This document shows positions 17,850-26,401 of a DNA stretch of 64,000 bases, piece after piece. The stretch lies in NCBI GenBank assembly GCA_035462175.1, contig DATHUP010000049.1, positions 52,614 to 116,613 of the forward strand, read 5' to 3'. The position numbers were made by a program, and so were the translations under genes. The notes below the pieces were generated by a model. The model did no database searches, was not told where the DNA came from, and saw only the letters and a program-made list of their open reading frames with translations. Every line of letters begins with the position of its first letter. The stretch's first letter is position 1. This stretch comes from Acidimicrobiia bacterium (GTDB taxonomy: Bacteria; Actinomycetota; Acidimicrobiia; Spongiisociales; ZC4RG35).

Positions 17850-19159
17850 CGACGCCACTCGTTGTCACCAAGCGGATGACCGAGTTCCCCGCCGACTCGC
17901 ACAGCATCGACCGTTACGAGGCAACCGGCGGCTACGAGCAGGCCCGCCGCGCCCTGGGGATGACCCGGGACGAGCTGGTGGAGGAGATCAAGGCCTCGGG
18001 TCTTCTCGGGCGGGGCGGAGCCGCCTTCCCCGCCGGCCTCAAGTGGAGCTTTCTCGCCCCGGCCCGGCCCTCGTTCCTCGTGGTCAACGCCGACGAGTCG
18101 GAGCCGGGCACGTTCAAGGACCGCCAGTTGCTGGAACGAGACCCGCATCAGATGTTGGAGGGGGTGATGATCACCGCCATCGCCAACGAGGCGCACCACG
18201 CTTTCGTCTACATCCGTGGCGAGTACCCGAAGCCGGCTCGCCGGGTCCAGGCCGCAGTCGACGAGGCGTATGCCCGGGGGTATCTGGGAGGGGGGATCTT
18301 CGGCTCGGATTACGACCTGGATGTGATCGTCCACCTCGGAGCCGGCGCCTACATCTGCGGTGAGGAGACCGCCCTGATCAACAGTCTCGAAGGTCTCCGC
18401 GGCGAGCCGCGTCTCAAGCCGCCCTACTTCCCCGCGGCGAAGGGCCTCTACATGCAGCCCACCATCGTCAACAACGTCGAGACGGTGTCCAACCTGCCTC
18501 ACATCCTGGCGATGGGCGCCGAGGCCTACACCCAACTCGGTCACCCGGACGACACCGGGACCTTCCTCATCTCGGTCTCGGGTCATGTCAAGAAGCCGGG
18601 CAACTACGAGCTTCCCCACGGGATCACCTGGCGTCAGCTCATCTTCGACATTGCCGGGGGCATCGCCGGAGACCGGGAGTTGAAAGCGATCATCCCCGGC
18701 GGCGCCTCCGCGCCCTGGTTCGTCCCCGAGATCCACCTCGACGACCGGATCACCAAAGACGTCTGCGCCGAGGCGGGCTCGATGCTCGGGTCGGGTGCCG
18801 TAATCGTGATGGACGAGAACACCTGCATGGTGCGCGCTGCCGAGCGTCTGGTGCGTTTCTTCGCCCACGAGTCGTGCGGCCAATGCACCCCGTGCCGTGA
18901 GGGAACCACATGGATGGAGATGATCCTGCGCCGAATCGAGGAAGGTCAGGGGCGGGCCATCGATCTCGACCTCCTTCTCGACGTCTCCGACAACATCAGC
19001 GTCGGTCTCAACTGGCCCCCGAAGATGACCACCATCTGCCCCCTCGGCCCGTCGGCGGTGTCTCCGATCCTCGCCCTCCGCGACTACTTCCGCGACGAGG
19101 TCCAGGCCCACGTGGAATTGGGCGGATGTCCATTAGAACTGGCGAAGGCTGCAGTATGA
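17846..19159 (+). CDS. nuoF: NADH-quinone oxidoreductase subunit F (start uncertain: TTG 17846 or ATG 17876)
   Basis: 51-kDa subunit; NAD/FMN site GRGGAAFP, Fe-S site ESCGQCTPCREG. Confidence 0.85.
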   Translation: MTTPLVVTKRMTEFPADSHSIDRYEATGGYEQARRALGMTRDELVEEIKASGLLGRGGAAFPAGLKWSFLAPARPSFLVVNADESEPGTFKDRQLLERDPHQMLEGVMITAIANEAHHAFVYIRGEYPKPARRVQAAVDEAYARGYLGGGIFGSDYDLDVIVHLGAGAYICGEETALINSLEGLRGEPRLKPPYFPAAKGLYMQPTIVNNVETVSNLPHILAMGAEAYTQLGHPDDTGTFLISVSGHVKKPGNYELPHGITWRQLIFDIAGGIAGDRELKAIIPGGASAPWFVPEIHLDDRITKDVCAEAGSMLGSGAVIVMDENTCMVRAAERLVRFFAHESCGQCTPCREGTTWMEMILRRIEEGQGRAIDLDLLLDVSDNISVGLNWPPKMTTICPLGPSAVSPILALRDYFRDEVQAHVELGGCPLELAKAAV

Positions 19160-19315
19160 GCCTGACGCGAACCACTTCTGGGGGGACCACTACTTCTGGG
19201 GGGCGACCCCCAGACCCCCGCTCGCTCCGAGCCGTAAGTGCCAAGACATCACGGCGGCCAACCTCAGTGGTCGCGCCGGGCTGTGATCGCGAATGAGGCT
19301 CAAACCGTGAGCGAG

Positions 19316-21742
19316 ATGGGCCAAACGGTCAGCATCACCATCGACGGGGTGGAGCATCGGGTGGCGGCCGGGTCGCTGCTGATCAGGGCGGCCCAGGACA
19401 CCGGGACCTACATCCCCCGTTTCTGCTGGCACGAGCGGATGAAGCCGGTGGGGATGTGCCGGATGTGCCTGGTGGAGGTGGAGGGGCCGCGGGGGCCGAT
19501 GCTGGTCACGGCATGTACCAACGAGGTCGTCGACGGGATGGTGGTCGACACCGGGAACGCCACGGTGAGGAAGGCCCAGGAGGGGGTACTCGAGTTCCTC
19601 CTCGCCAACCACCCCCTCGACTGCCCTGTGTGCGACAAGGGAGGGGAATGCCCGCTTCAGGACCAGGCGTTCTCGCACGGGCCGGGAGAGAGCAGGTTCG
19701 TCGAGATCAAGCGCAACTACGAGAAGCCGATCGCGATCTCGAGCCTGGTCCTCCTCGACCGGGAGCGATGCATTCTCTGCGCTCGCTGCACCCGGTTCTC
19801 CGAAGAGATCAGTGGCGACCCGCTCATCGAGTTCAAGGCGAGGGCCAACATCACCGAGGTCAACACCTTTCCGGACCACCCCTTCGCCTCCTACTTCTCG
19901 GGCAACACCATCCAGATCTGCCCGGTCGGTGCCCTCACCTCGGTTCAGTACAGATTTCGCGCCCGGCCCTGGGACCTGCAGATGGTGGAGAGCTCCGGTC
20001 TCCACGACACCGCCCACCCGCGGGTGTCGGTCCATGCCAGCCAGAACCAGATCCTCCGGCTGGTGGGAGTGGACAACGACGCAACCAACCATGGCTGGCT
20101 CTCCGACAAGGAGCGGTTCGGCTTCGAGTACCTCGGCTCCGAGGAGCGTCTCACCGCACCGCTGGTTCGGAAAGACGGCCGACTGATCGAGGTGGATTGG
20201 GCCGAAGCCCTGGAGCTGGTGGCGGAGAGGATCGGGCGGATCAGGGACGAACACGGGGGTGAGTCGTTTGCAGTGATCGGCGGCGCTCACGGCACCAACG
20301 AGGACGCCTACGCCCTTGCCAAGTTCGCCCGTGTGGTGCTCGGGACCAACAACGTCGACGCCCGGCTCGATGACACGCTCGCATCGCATTTCCTGGCGGC
20401 CACGGTCGATCGAGCCCGGATCGCCGACATCGACACCGCCGACACCATCCTCGTCTGGGGGCCAGACCTGAAAGAAGAGCATCCCACCCTCTACCTGCGG
20501 GTGCGGATGGCGGCGCAAGAGCTCGGCGTCCGGCTGGTCGTGGTCCATCCCCGGGCCACCGGTCTCGACGACCGCGCCACCATCAAGGTCGAGTACCGCC
20601 CCGGGGCGGGCTTCGCCCTCCTCGACGAGATCGCCGAGGGCCGTCACCCCGAGCTGAGTGAGGCCCTCAGCGCAGAGCGGGTCGTGGTCTTCGCCGGGCA
20701 GGCCTCGTTCGCCGATGGTCCCCGGTTGGCCGAGGCGGTGGCGGCATACGTGCGGAGCAAGGCAGGCTCCACCCGCATCCTCCCCCTGGCTCGGAGGGGC
20801 AACCTCTTTGGCGCCCTGGACATGGGCCTCGCCCCCGACCTGCTTCCCGGGCGGGTGGGCGACGACGAGGCGGGCCGGGCGGCCCTCGCCGAAGCGTGGG
20901 GCGAGATCCCGGCGGCCCGGGGCCAGGACACCAAGGGGATGCTCGGAGGGCTGGCTTCGGGGGAGATCAGGTTCCTCCTCCTGGTCGGCTCCGACCCTGT
21001 CCGCGACCTGCCCGACCCGAGACCGGCACTCCCCGCCCTCGAGGGTGCGGAGTCCGTGGTCTCGATCGACCTGTTCCTCAACGACTCCAACCGGGAGGCC
21101 GACGTCATCTTCCCCGCAGCCGGCTTCACGGAAAAGGAGGGGACCGTGACGAACCTCGAGGGGCGGGTGCAGAAGGTGAACATGCTCGCCCCCGGCCCGG
21201 GTCAGACACGACCCGACTGGGCGATCCTGGCCGATCTGGCCGACAGGGCGGGTCGCTCGATCGGTCTTTCCTCCGCGGACACCATCGCCAAGGAGATCTC
21301 CGATCTGGCACCTGTCTACGCCGGGATCACCTGGGACCACCTGGAGTGGGAGGCCAGGGACGGGGCGGTCGTTCCGCTCTCCGGTGTCTCACCGCTCACT
21401 CACATCCCGGTCTCCCTGAAAGGCGACATCGCCCCGTCGGCGGAGTTGACGCTGCATGTGGGGCGGACCCTGTACGACGACGGGGTGATGATGAGGCACA
21501 GCCCCAATCTCCATCCTCTCGCCCCCGGGCCCCTGGCTCATCTCAACCCCGAAGATGCCAAGCGGGCAGGGGCGCTCCATGGTCACACGGTGAGAGTGGT
21601 GACCAAACACGGTGAGGGCGAGTTCTCCGCCGTGCTCGACGAGGGGACCCCGCCCGGCGTGGTCTACGTCCCTTTCAACCAGCCGGGCGCAGCTCCGCTG
21701 GGCACCGACGCCGTGGTCCGGGTAACGACGGTGGGCCGGTGA
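19316..21742 (+). CDS. nuoG: NADH-quinone oxidoreductase subunit G
   Basis: 75-kDa subunit: N-terminal 2Fe-2S/4Fe-4S Cys clusters (CRMCLVEV, CPVCDKGGECPLQD), molybdopterin-like domain; ATG 19316 (GTG 19307 is also in frame). Confidence 0.85.
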   Translation: MGQTVSITIDGVEHRVAAGSLLIRAAQDTGTYIPRFCWHERMKPVGMCRMCLVEVEGPRGPMLVTACTNEVVDGMVVDTGNATVRKAQEGVLEFLLANHPLDCPVCDKGGECPLQDQAFSHGPGESRFVEIKRNYEKPIAISSLVLLDRERCILCARCTRFSEEISGDPLIEFKARANITEVNTFPDHPFASYFSGNTIQICPVGALTSVQYRFRARPWDLQMVESSGLHDTAHPRVSVHASQNQILRLVGVDNDATNHGWLSDKERFGFEYLGSEERLTAPLVRKDGRLIEVDWAEALELVAERIGRIRDEHGGESFAVIGGAHGTNEDAYALAKFARVVLGTNNVDARLDDTLASHFLAATVDRARIADIDTADTILVWGPDLKEEHPTLYLRVRMAAQELGVRLVVVHPRATGLDDRATIKVEYRPGAGFALLDEIAEGRHPELSEALSAERVVVFAGQASFADGPRLAEAVAAYVRSKAGSTRILPLARRGNLFGALDMGLAPDLLPGRVGDDEAGRAALAEAWGEIPAARGQDTKGMLGGLASGEIRFLLLVGSDPVRDLPDPRPALPALEGAESVVSIDLFLNDSNREADVIFPAAGFTEKEGTVTNLEGRVQKVNMLAPGPGQTRPDWAILADLADRAGRSIGLSSADTIAKEISDLAPVYAGITWDHLEWEARDGAVVPLSGVSPLTHIPVSLKGDIAPSAELTLHVGRTLYDDGVMMRHSPNLHPLAPGPLAHLNPEDAKRAGALHGHTVRVVTKHGEGEFSAVLDEGTPPGVVYVPFNQPGAAPLGTDAVVRVTTVGR

Positions 21743-22842
21743 GCGGGGCCCAGTTCTGGATCGTGGTGCTGCGGGTGGTGCTCACGTTCGGCCTGCTGCT
21801 CCTGGTCACACTGCTCAACGTGTGGGCGGAGCGGAAGATCCTGGCCGATATGCAGAGCAGGATCGGGCCGAAACGGGCCGGCCCGTTCGGGATTCTCCAG
21901 ACCGTGGCCGACGGGCTCAAGCTGTTCTTCAAGGAGGCCGTCACCCCGCGCAAGGTCGAGTTGGGCATGTACCTCCTCGCCCCGTTCCTGGCCGTGGTCC
22001 CGGCCTTCCTCATCTTCATGATGGTGCCCTGGGGCAGGCCATTCATGATCGGGGACAACGAGGTCGCGCTGCAGGGAGCCGATCTCAACATCGGCCTGCT
22101 CTTCATCCTGGCCATGTCGTCGCTGGCGGTGTACTCGGTGGTCCTTGCCGGGTGGTCCTCCGGCTCCAAGTACCCCCTCCTCGGCGGGGTGAGGGCGACG
22201 GCCCAGGCGATCTCCTACGAGGCGGCGATGGGCTTGGCCATGGTGGCCGTGGTCATGTTCACCGCCACCCAAGGCGACGGAGGCACGCTCTCCCTGGCCG
22301 AAATCGTCAATCGTCAGGCCGGCACCTGGGGCGATGTGATCCCGGCACTGGAGCCGATCCTCCGCTTCGTCCCGAGATGGAACCTGTTCCCCCAAATCGT
22401 GGCCTTCGTCATCTTCTTCGTGGCCATCGTCGCCGAGACCAACCGCGCCCCGTTCGACCTGGTCGAGGCGGAGCAGGAGATCGTCGGCTTCCACACCGAG
22501 TACTCGGGGATGAGGTTCGCCATGTTCTTCCTCGCCGAATACGTCAACATCTTCTCTATGTGCGCCATCGCCGCCACCCTCTTCCTCGGTGGCTGGAACG
22601 GGCCAACCTTCGAAGGGTCGGTCCCCGGGTTCGTCTCCGCCCTCCTCCCAACGGTGTGGTTCCTGGCCAAGACCTACTTCCTGGTCTTCATCTTCTTCTG
22701 GATCAGAGCCACGCTTCCCCGGCTCCGCTACGACCAGCTGATGCAGGTGGGCTGGAAACGACTCATCCCGGCCGCTCTGGGCTGGCTCGTCGTTTCGGCA
22801 ACTGTCATATCGTTCCGTCAATTCGGTCCACCCTGGAGCTGA
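21739..22842 (+). CDS. nuoH: NADH-quinone oxidoreductase subunit H
   Basis: ND1-like polytopic protein; GTGA overlap with nuoG. Confidence 0.9.
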   Translation: MSGAQFWIVVLRVVLTFGLLLLVTLLNVWAERKILADMQSRIGPKRAGPFGILQTVADGLKLFFKEAVTPRKVELGMYLLAPFLAVVPAFLIFMMVPWGRPFMIGDNEVALQGADLNIGLLFILAMSSLAVYSVVLAGWSSGSKYPLLGGVRATAQAISYEAAMGLAMVAVVMFTATQGDGGTLSLAEIVNRQAGTWGDVIPALEPILRFVPRWNLFPQIVAFVIFFVAIVAETNRAPFDLVEAEQEIVGFHTEYSGMRFAMFFLAEYVNIFSMCAIAATLFLGGWNGPTFEGSVPGFVSALLPTVWFLAKTYFLVFIFFWIRATLPRLRYDQLMQVGWKRLIPAALGWLVVSATVISFRQFGPPWS

Positions 22843-22845
22843 GCA

Positions 22846-23501
22846 TGGGTCTCATAGCAGAGCTGATCAGAGGTCTCCGGGTGACTGGTGGGACGATGCT
22901 CCGCACCATCGCGGGCTCTGGGTTGGTCACCACCGAGTACCCAAAGGAGATGCGGGTCAAGCCGCAGCGCTTCCACGGGCGTCATGTGCTCAACCGCTAC
23001 CCCGACGGCATGGAGAAGTGCATCGGCTGCGAGCTCTGTGCCGGGGCGTGCCCCGCCGACTGCATCTACGTGCGGGGGATGGACAACGACCCGGAGGCCC
23101 CGACCTCGCCGGGAGAGAGATTCGGCTACGTGTACGAGATCAACATGCTCCGTTGCATCTTCTGCGGTCTGTGTGTCGAGGCATGCCCCACCGAGGCGAT
23201 CACCATGACCCATCTCTTCGAGTTCTCCACCACCAACCGCGAGGACGCGGTCTACACCAAAGAGACGCTGCTCATGGAGCGGGACGGGACCGTGCCTCAC
23301 ATGTTCCCCGACGACGAGTTGGCCGATCTCGGCGAGCTCGACACCGCCGACGGGTGGATGCGGGCCACGGCCTCCTCGGGGGTCGCCGCCTACGAGGGGA
23401 CCCTGATGTGGCAGGGCACCCCCGGGCCGGCCGACTGGGCTCCCGAGCCCACCCAGGAGGAGCGAGACCGCAGGAGTGGTGAGGACGAGACCGATGGTTG
23501 A
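22846..23501 (+). CDS. nuoI: NADH-quinone oxidoreductase subunit I (with ~60-aa C-terminal extension)
   Basis: Two 4Fe-4S ferredoxin motifs (CIGCELCAGACP, CIFCGLCVEACP). Confidence 0.85.
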
Positions 23502-24018
23502 GGGCGTCCTCTTCGTCATAGCCGGGCTCGCCGCCCTGGCCGGGGCGGTGACCGTCGTGGTGGCGAGGAACCCGGTCTACTCGGCCGTGGGCCTGCTCGG
23601 CACCTTGTTCTCGGTGGCCGTGCTCTACGTGCTCCAGCTGGCCCACCTCGTGGCCGCGGTCCAGGTGATCGTCTACGCCGGAGCGGTGATGACCTTGTTC
23701 CTCTTCGTGATCATGCTCATCGGCGTGGACAAAGAGGAGACCCGGTCGGAGTCACTCCCGCTGCAGCGGATATGGGTCGGGATGTTGGCCGTGGGGATGA
23801 TCCTCTTCGCCGCCGGCGTCACCCTGTTCGGGGACTTCGAGTGGGTGCCGGCCGCCTCGGCGAGGTTCATCGAGAGCAACACCAACGGCACGATCCAGGC
23901 CATCGCCGAGCCCCTGTTCACCGATTGGGTGCTTGCCTTCGAAGCCACGGCGCTGCTCTTGACCATCGCCGCGGCGGCCGCCGTGGTGCTGGCCCAGTTC
24001 AAGAGAAAGCGATCCTGA
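23494..24018 (+). CDS. nuoJ: NADH-quinone oxidoreductase subunit J
   Basis: ND6-like; overlaps the nuoI end. Confidence 0.8.
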   Translation: MVEGVLFVIAGLAALAGAVTVVVARNPVYSAVGLLGTLFSVAVLYVLQLAHLVAAVQVIVYAGAVMTLFLFVIMLIGVDKEETRSESLPLQRIWVGMLAVGMILFAAGVTLFGDFEWVPAASARFIESNTNGTIQAIAEPLFTDWVLAFEATALLLTIAAAAAVVLAQFKRKRS

Positions 24019-24320
24019 TGGTCCCGGTCGACTGGTACATGGGGCTGGCTGCTGCGCTGTTCCTCATCGGCGCCCTCGGCATGTTGCTCAGACGCAACGC
24101 ACTGGTCATGTTCATGTGCATCGAGCTGATGCTCAACGCAGTCAACCTGACCCTCATCTCGGCGGGCCGGGTCATGAACGACATCAACGGGCAGGTGGCG
24201 GTGTTCTTCATCCTGGTGGTTGCCGCCGCCGAGGTGGTGGTCGGCCTGGCCATCATCGTGGCCATCTTCCGCCGGCGCTCTACGGCCTCGGTAGACGAGT
24301 TGAGCGAGATGAGAGGCTGA
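24018..24320 (+). CDS. nuoK: NADH-quinone oxidoreductase subunit K
   Basis: ND4L-like, 100 aa, ATGA-type overlap with nuoJ. Confidence 0.85.
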   Translation: MVPVDWYMGLAAALFLIGALGMLLRRNALVMFMCIELMLNAVNLTLISAGRVMNDINGQVAVFFILVVAAAEVVVGLAIIVAIFRRRSTASVDELSEMRG

Positions 24321-24340
24321 TGATGCTTCGCATCATCAGC

Positions 24341-24413
24341 CGCTACGAGCGACGAGCCACGAGCCATGAGCCAGAAGCTCGTTGCTCGTTGCTCGTTGCT
24401 CGTTGCTCATTGC
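24341..24413. repeat. intercistronic heptamer-periodic hairpin repeat, copy R1 (GAGCNAC arm / GCTCGTT arm)
   Basis: Left arm cgctacgagcgacgagccacgagccatgagc, loop cagaa, right arm (gctcgtt)x4 gctcattgc; preceded by small hairpin tgatgc-ttc-gcatca; lies between nuoK and nuoL. Confidence 0.8.
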
Positions 24414-24426
24414 TGGAGGTCACAAC

Positions 24427-26310
24427 GTGACCGACTATCTCTGGCTGGTCATTGCCCTTCCGCTGGCCGGGTCTCTGTTCTTGCACTTTTTCGGGCGGTA
24501 TGTGCGCGAGCCGCTGAGTGGGTGGCTGGCCTCGGTGGCGATCGGGGGTGCGTTCGTCATCGCTGCTGTGGCGGCTTGGCCCTTCCTCGAGGGAGGTGAG
24601 GCGGCGAGCACGATCGCGCTCTGGGAGTGGATGCCCGCGATCGGGGCGTCATTCGAGCTGTTGTGGGACCCGCTGGCCGCACTGATGACCCTGGTCGTGA
24701 CCGGGGTGGGCACCCTGATCCACGTCTTCGCCATCGGCTACATGCACGGTGACGAGAGGTTCCATCGTTTCTTCACCTACCTCAACCTGTTCGCCGCCTC
24801 CATGCTCACCCTGGTCCTCGCCGGGAACTACGCCATGTTGTTCCTCGGCTGGGAGCTGGTCGGGCTCTGCTCCTACCTGCTCATCGGGTTCTGGTTCACC
24901 CGGCCCACCGCCTCCGCTGCGGCCAAGAAGGCCTTCGTCGTCAACCGGATCGGCGACTTCGGGTTCATGATCGGCTTGATGCTGGTCTTCGCCACCTTCG
25001 GCACGCTCTCCTTCGGCGACGTGTTCGAGAGAGCCGGCGCCGAGATGAGCAGCGGGCTGGCCACGGCCATCGGCCTGCTCTTCCTGCTCGGGGCGGCGGG
25101 CAAGTCGGCTCAGATCCCTCTCTACGTGTGGCTGCCCGACGCCATGGAGGGTCCCACCCCGGTGTCGGCCCTGATCCATGCCGCCACCATGGTCACCGCC
25201 GGCGTCTACGTGATCGCCCGCTCCGCCCCCATCTACGAGTTGACCCCGTTCGCCTCGACGGTGGTGGCCAGCGTCGGGGCCCTCACCGCGATTTGGGCCG
25301 CCTCGATCGCCCTGGCCCAGCGCGACATCAAGCGCGTCCTCGCCTACTCGACCATCTCCCAACTCGGGTTCATGTTCCTCGCAGTGGGCACCGCCGCCTA
25401 TGTGGCCGGAGTCTTCCACCTCATGACCCACGCCTTTTTCAAGGCCCTCCTCTTCCTCGGTGCCGGATCGGTGATCCATGCCATGAGCGACGAGCAGGAC
25501 ATGCACAAGATGGGTGGGTTGCGGCGCAGGATGCCGATCACCGCGGCCACGATGGGGATCGCCTCCCTGGCCCTGGCCGGGATCCCTCCCCTGGCCGGTT
25601 TCTGGTCCAAGGACGAGATCCTCGCCGCGGGTTTCGCCCGGGGCGGCTGGTACTACTTCCTCTGGGTCATCGGGCTGGTCACAGCCCTGCTCACCGCCTT
25701 CTACATCACGAGGTTGTGGGCCCTGGTCTTTCTCGGAGAGCCGCGCTGGGCCGAGGGCGCCCAACCGCACGAATCGCCAAGGGTGATGACACTCCCCCTC
25801 ATCGCATTGGCCGCACTCTCCGTGGTGGGTGGGTTGGTCAACACGCCGTTCCGCCTCACCCTGGAGCACTTCCTCGAGCCAAGCTTCGAGTTGGTCCATC
25901 TGCAGCACGCCCCTGACGACTGGGCGCTCCTGGGGATCTTGGCCGGTCTCTCCACCCTGGCCGCACTCGGCGGCGCCGCGGCTGGGTACCTGGCCTACAA
26001 CCGGCCGCCGGAGAGATGGAGACGGTTCGAGGATTCCTTCCAACCGCTCTGGGGGGCATGGGAGCAGGCGTACGGGGTCGACGATCTCTACGGGAGAGCC
26101 CTGGTCGCGCCCGGCCGGCGACTGGCCGAGATCGGTGCCTTCGACTTCGACGCCAGAGTGGTCGATGGGGCGGTCAACGGTGTGGGCCGCCTGGTCCGGG
26201 ACGTCGGCGAATGGGCCCGCCCCCTCCAGACCGGTTTCGTCCGAAACTACGGAGTGTTGTTCCTCGCAGGTGCCCTCGTGGTCATCACCTGGCTGGTGGC
26301 GGGCGGATGA
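24427..26310 (+). CDS. nuoL: NADH-quinone oxidoreductase subunit L
   Basis: ND5-like antiporter subunit; GTG start preceded by GGAGG (the ORF-track start at 24382 reads through the repeat and is rejected). Confidence 0.85.
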   Translation: MTDYLWLVIALPLAGSLFLHFFGRYVREPLSGWLASVAIGGAFVIAAVAAWPFLEGGEAASTIALWEWMPAIGASFELLWDPLAALMTLVVTGVGTLIHVFAIGYMHGDERFHRFFTYLNLFAASMLTLVLAGNYAMLFLGWELVGLCSYLLIGFWFTRPTASAAAKKAFVVNRIGDFGFMIGLMLVFATFGTLSFGDVFERAGAEMSSGLATAIGLLFLLGAAGKSAQIPLYVWLPDAMEGPTPVSALIHAATMVTAGVYVIARSAPIYELTPFASTVVASVGALTAIWAASIALAQRDIKRVLAYSTISQLGFMFLAVGTAAYVAGVFHLMTHAFFKALLFLGAGSVIHAMSDEQDMHKMGGLRRRMPITAATMGIASLALAGIPPLAGFWSKDEILAAGFARGGWYYFLWVIGLVTALLTAFYITRLWALVFLGEPRWAEGAQPHESPRVMTLPLIALAALSVVGGLVNTPFRLTLEHFLEPSFELVHLQHAPDDWALLGILAGLSTLAALGGAAAGYLAYNRPPERWRRFEDSFQPLWGAWEQAYGVDDLYGRALVAPGRRLAEIGAFDFDARVVDGAVNGVGRLVRDVGEWARPLQTGFVRNYGVLFLAGALVVITWLVAGG

Positions 26311-26321
26311 GCAAGCTCATC

Positions 26322-26392
26322 CGCCGTTCTACGTTTTACGTGTTACGTCCTACGTACGACGTAGGGCGTAGGACGTATGACGGGGCGACCGG
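26322..26392. repeat. intercistronic heptamer-periodic hairpin, TACG-type variant
   Basis: ttctacg ttttacg tgttacg tcctacg / tacgacg tagggcg taggacg tatgacg; arms complementary (tcctacg vs cgtagga); between nuoL and nuoM. Confidence 0.7.
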
Positions 26393-26401
26393 AGGTCGCC
26401 C

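Noticed and set aside
24366-24599. ORFs initiated inside the repeats (24366-24599, 24382 start of nuoL, 56286-56513, 58064-58249, 58438-58800, 59167 start of nuoL2, 62947-63702), giving LVARCSLL / ATSYELR peptides or N-terminal extensions.
   Set aside because: The same peptide arises in every frame because of the 7-nt periodicity. Bona fide nuo starts with SD sequences lie just downstream, so the repeats are non-coding.
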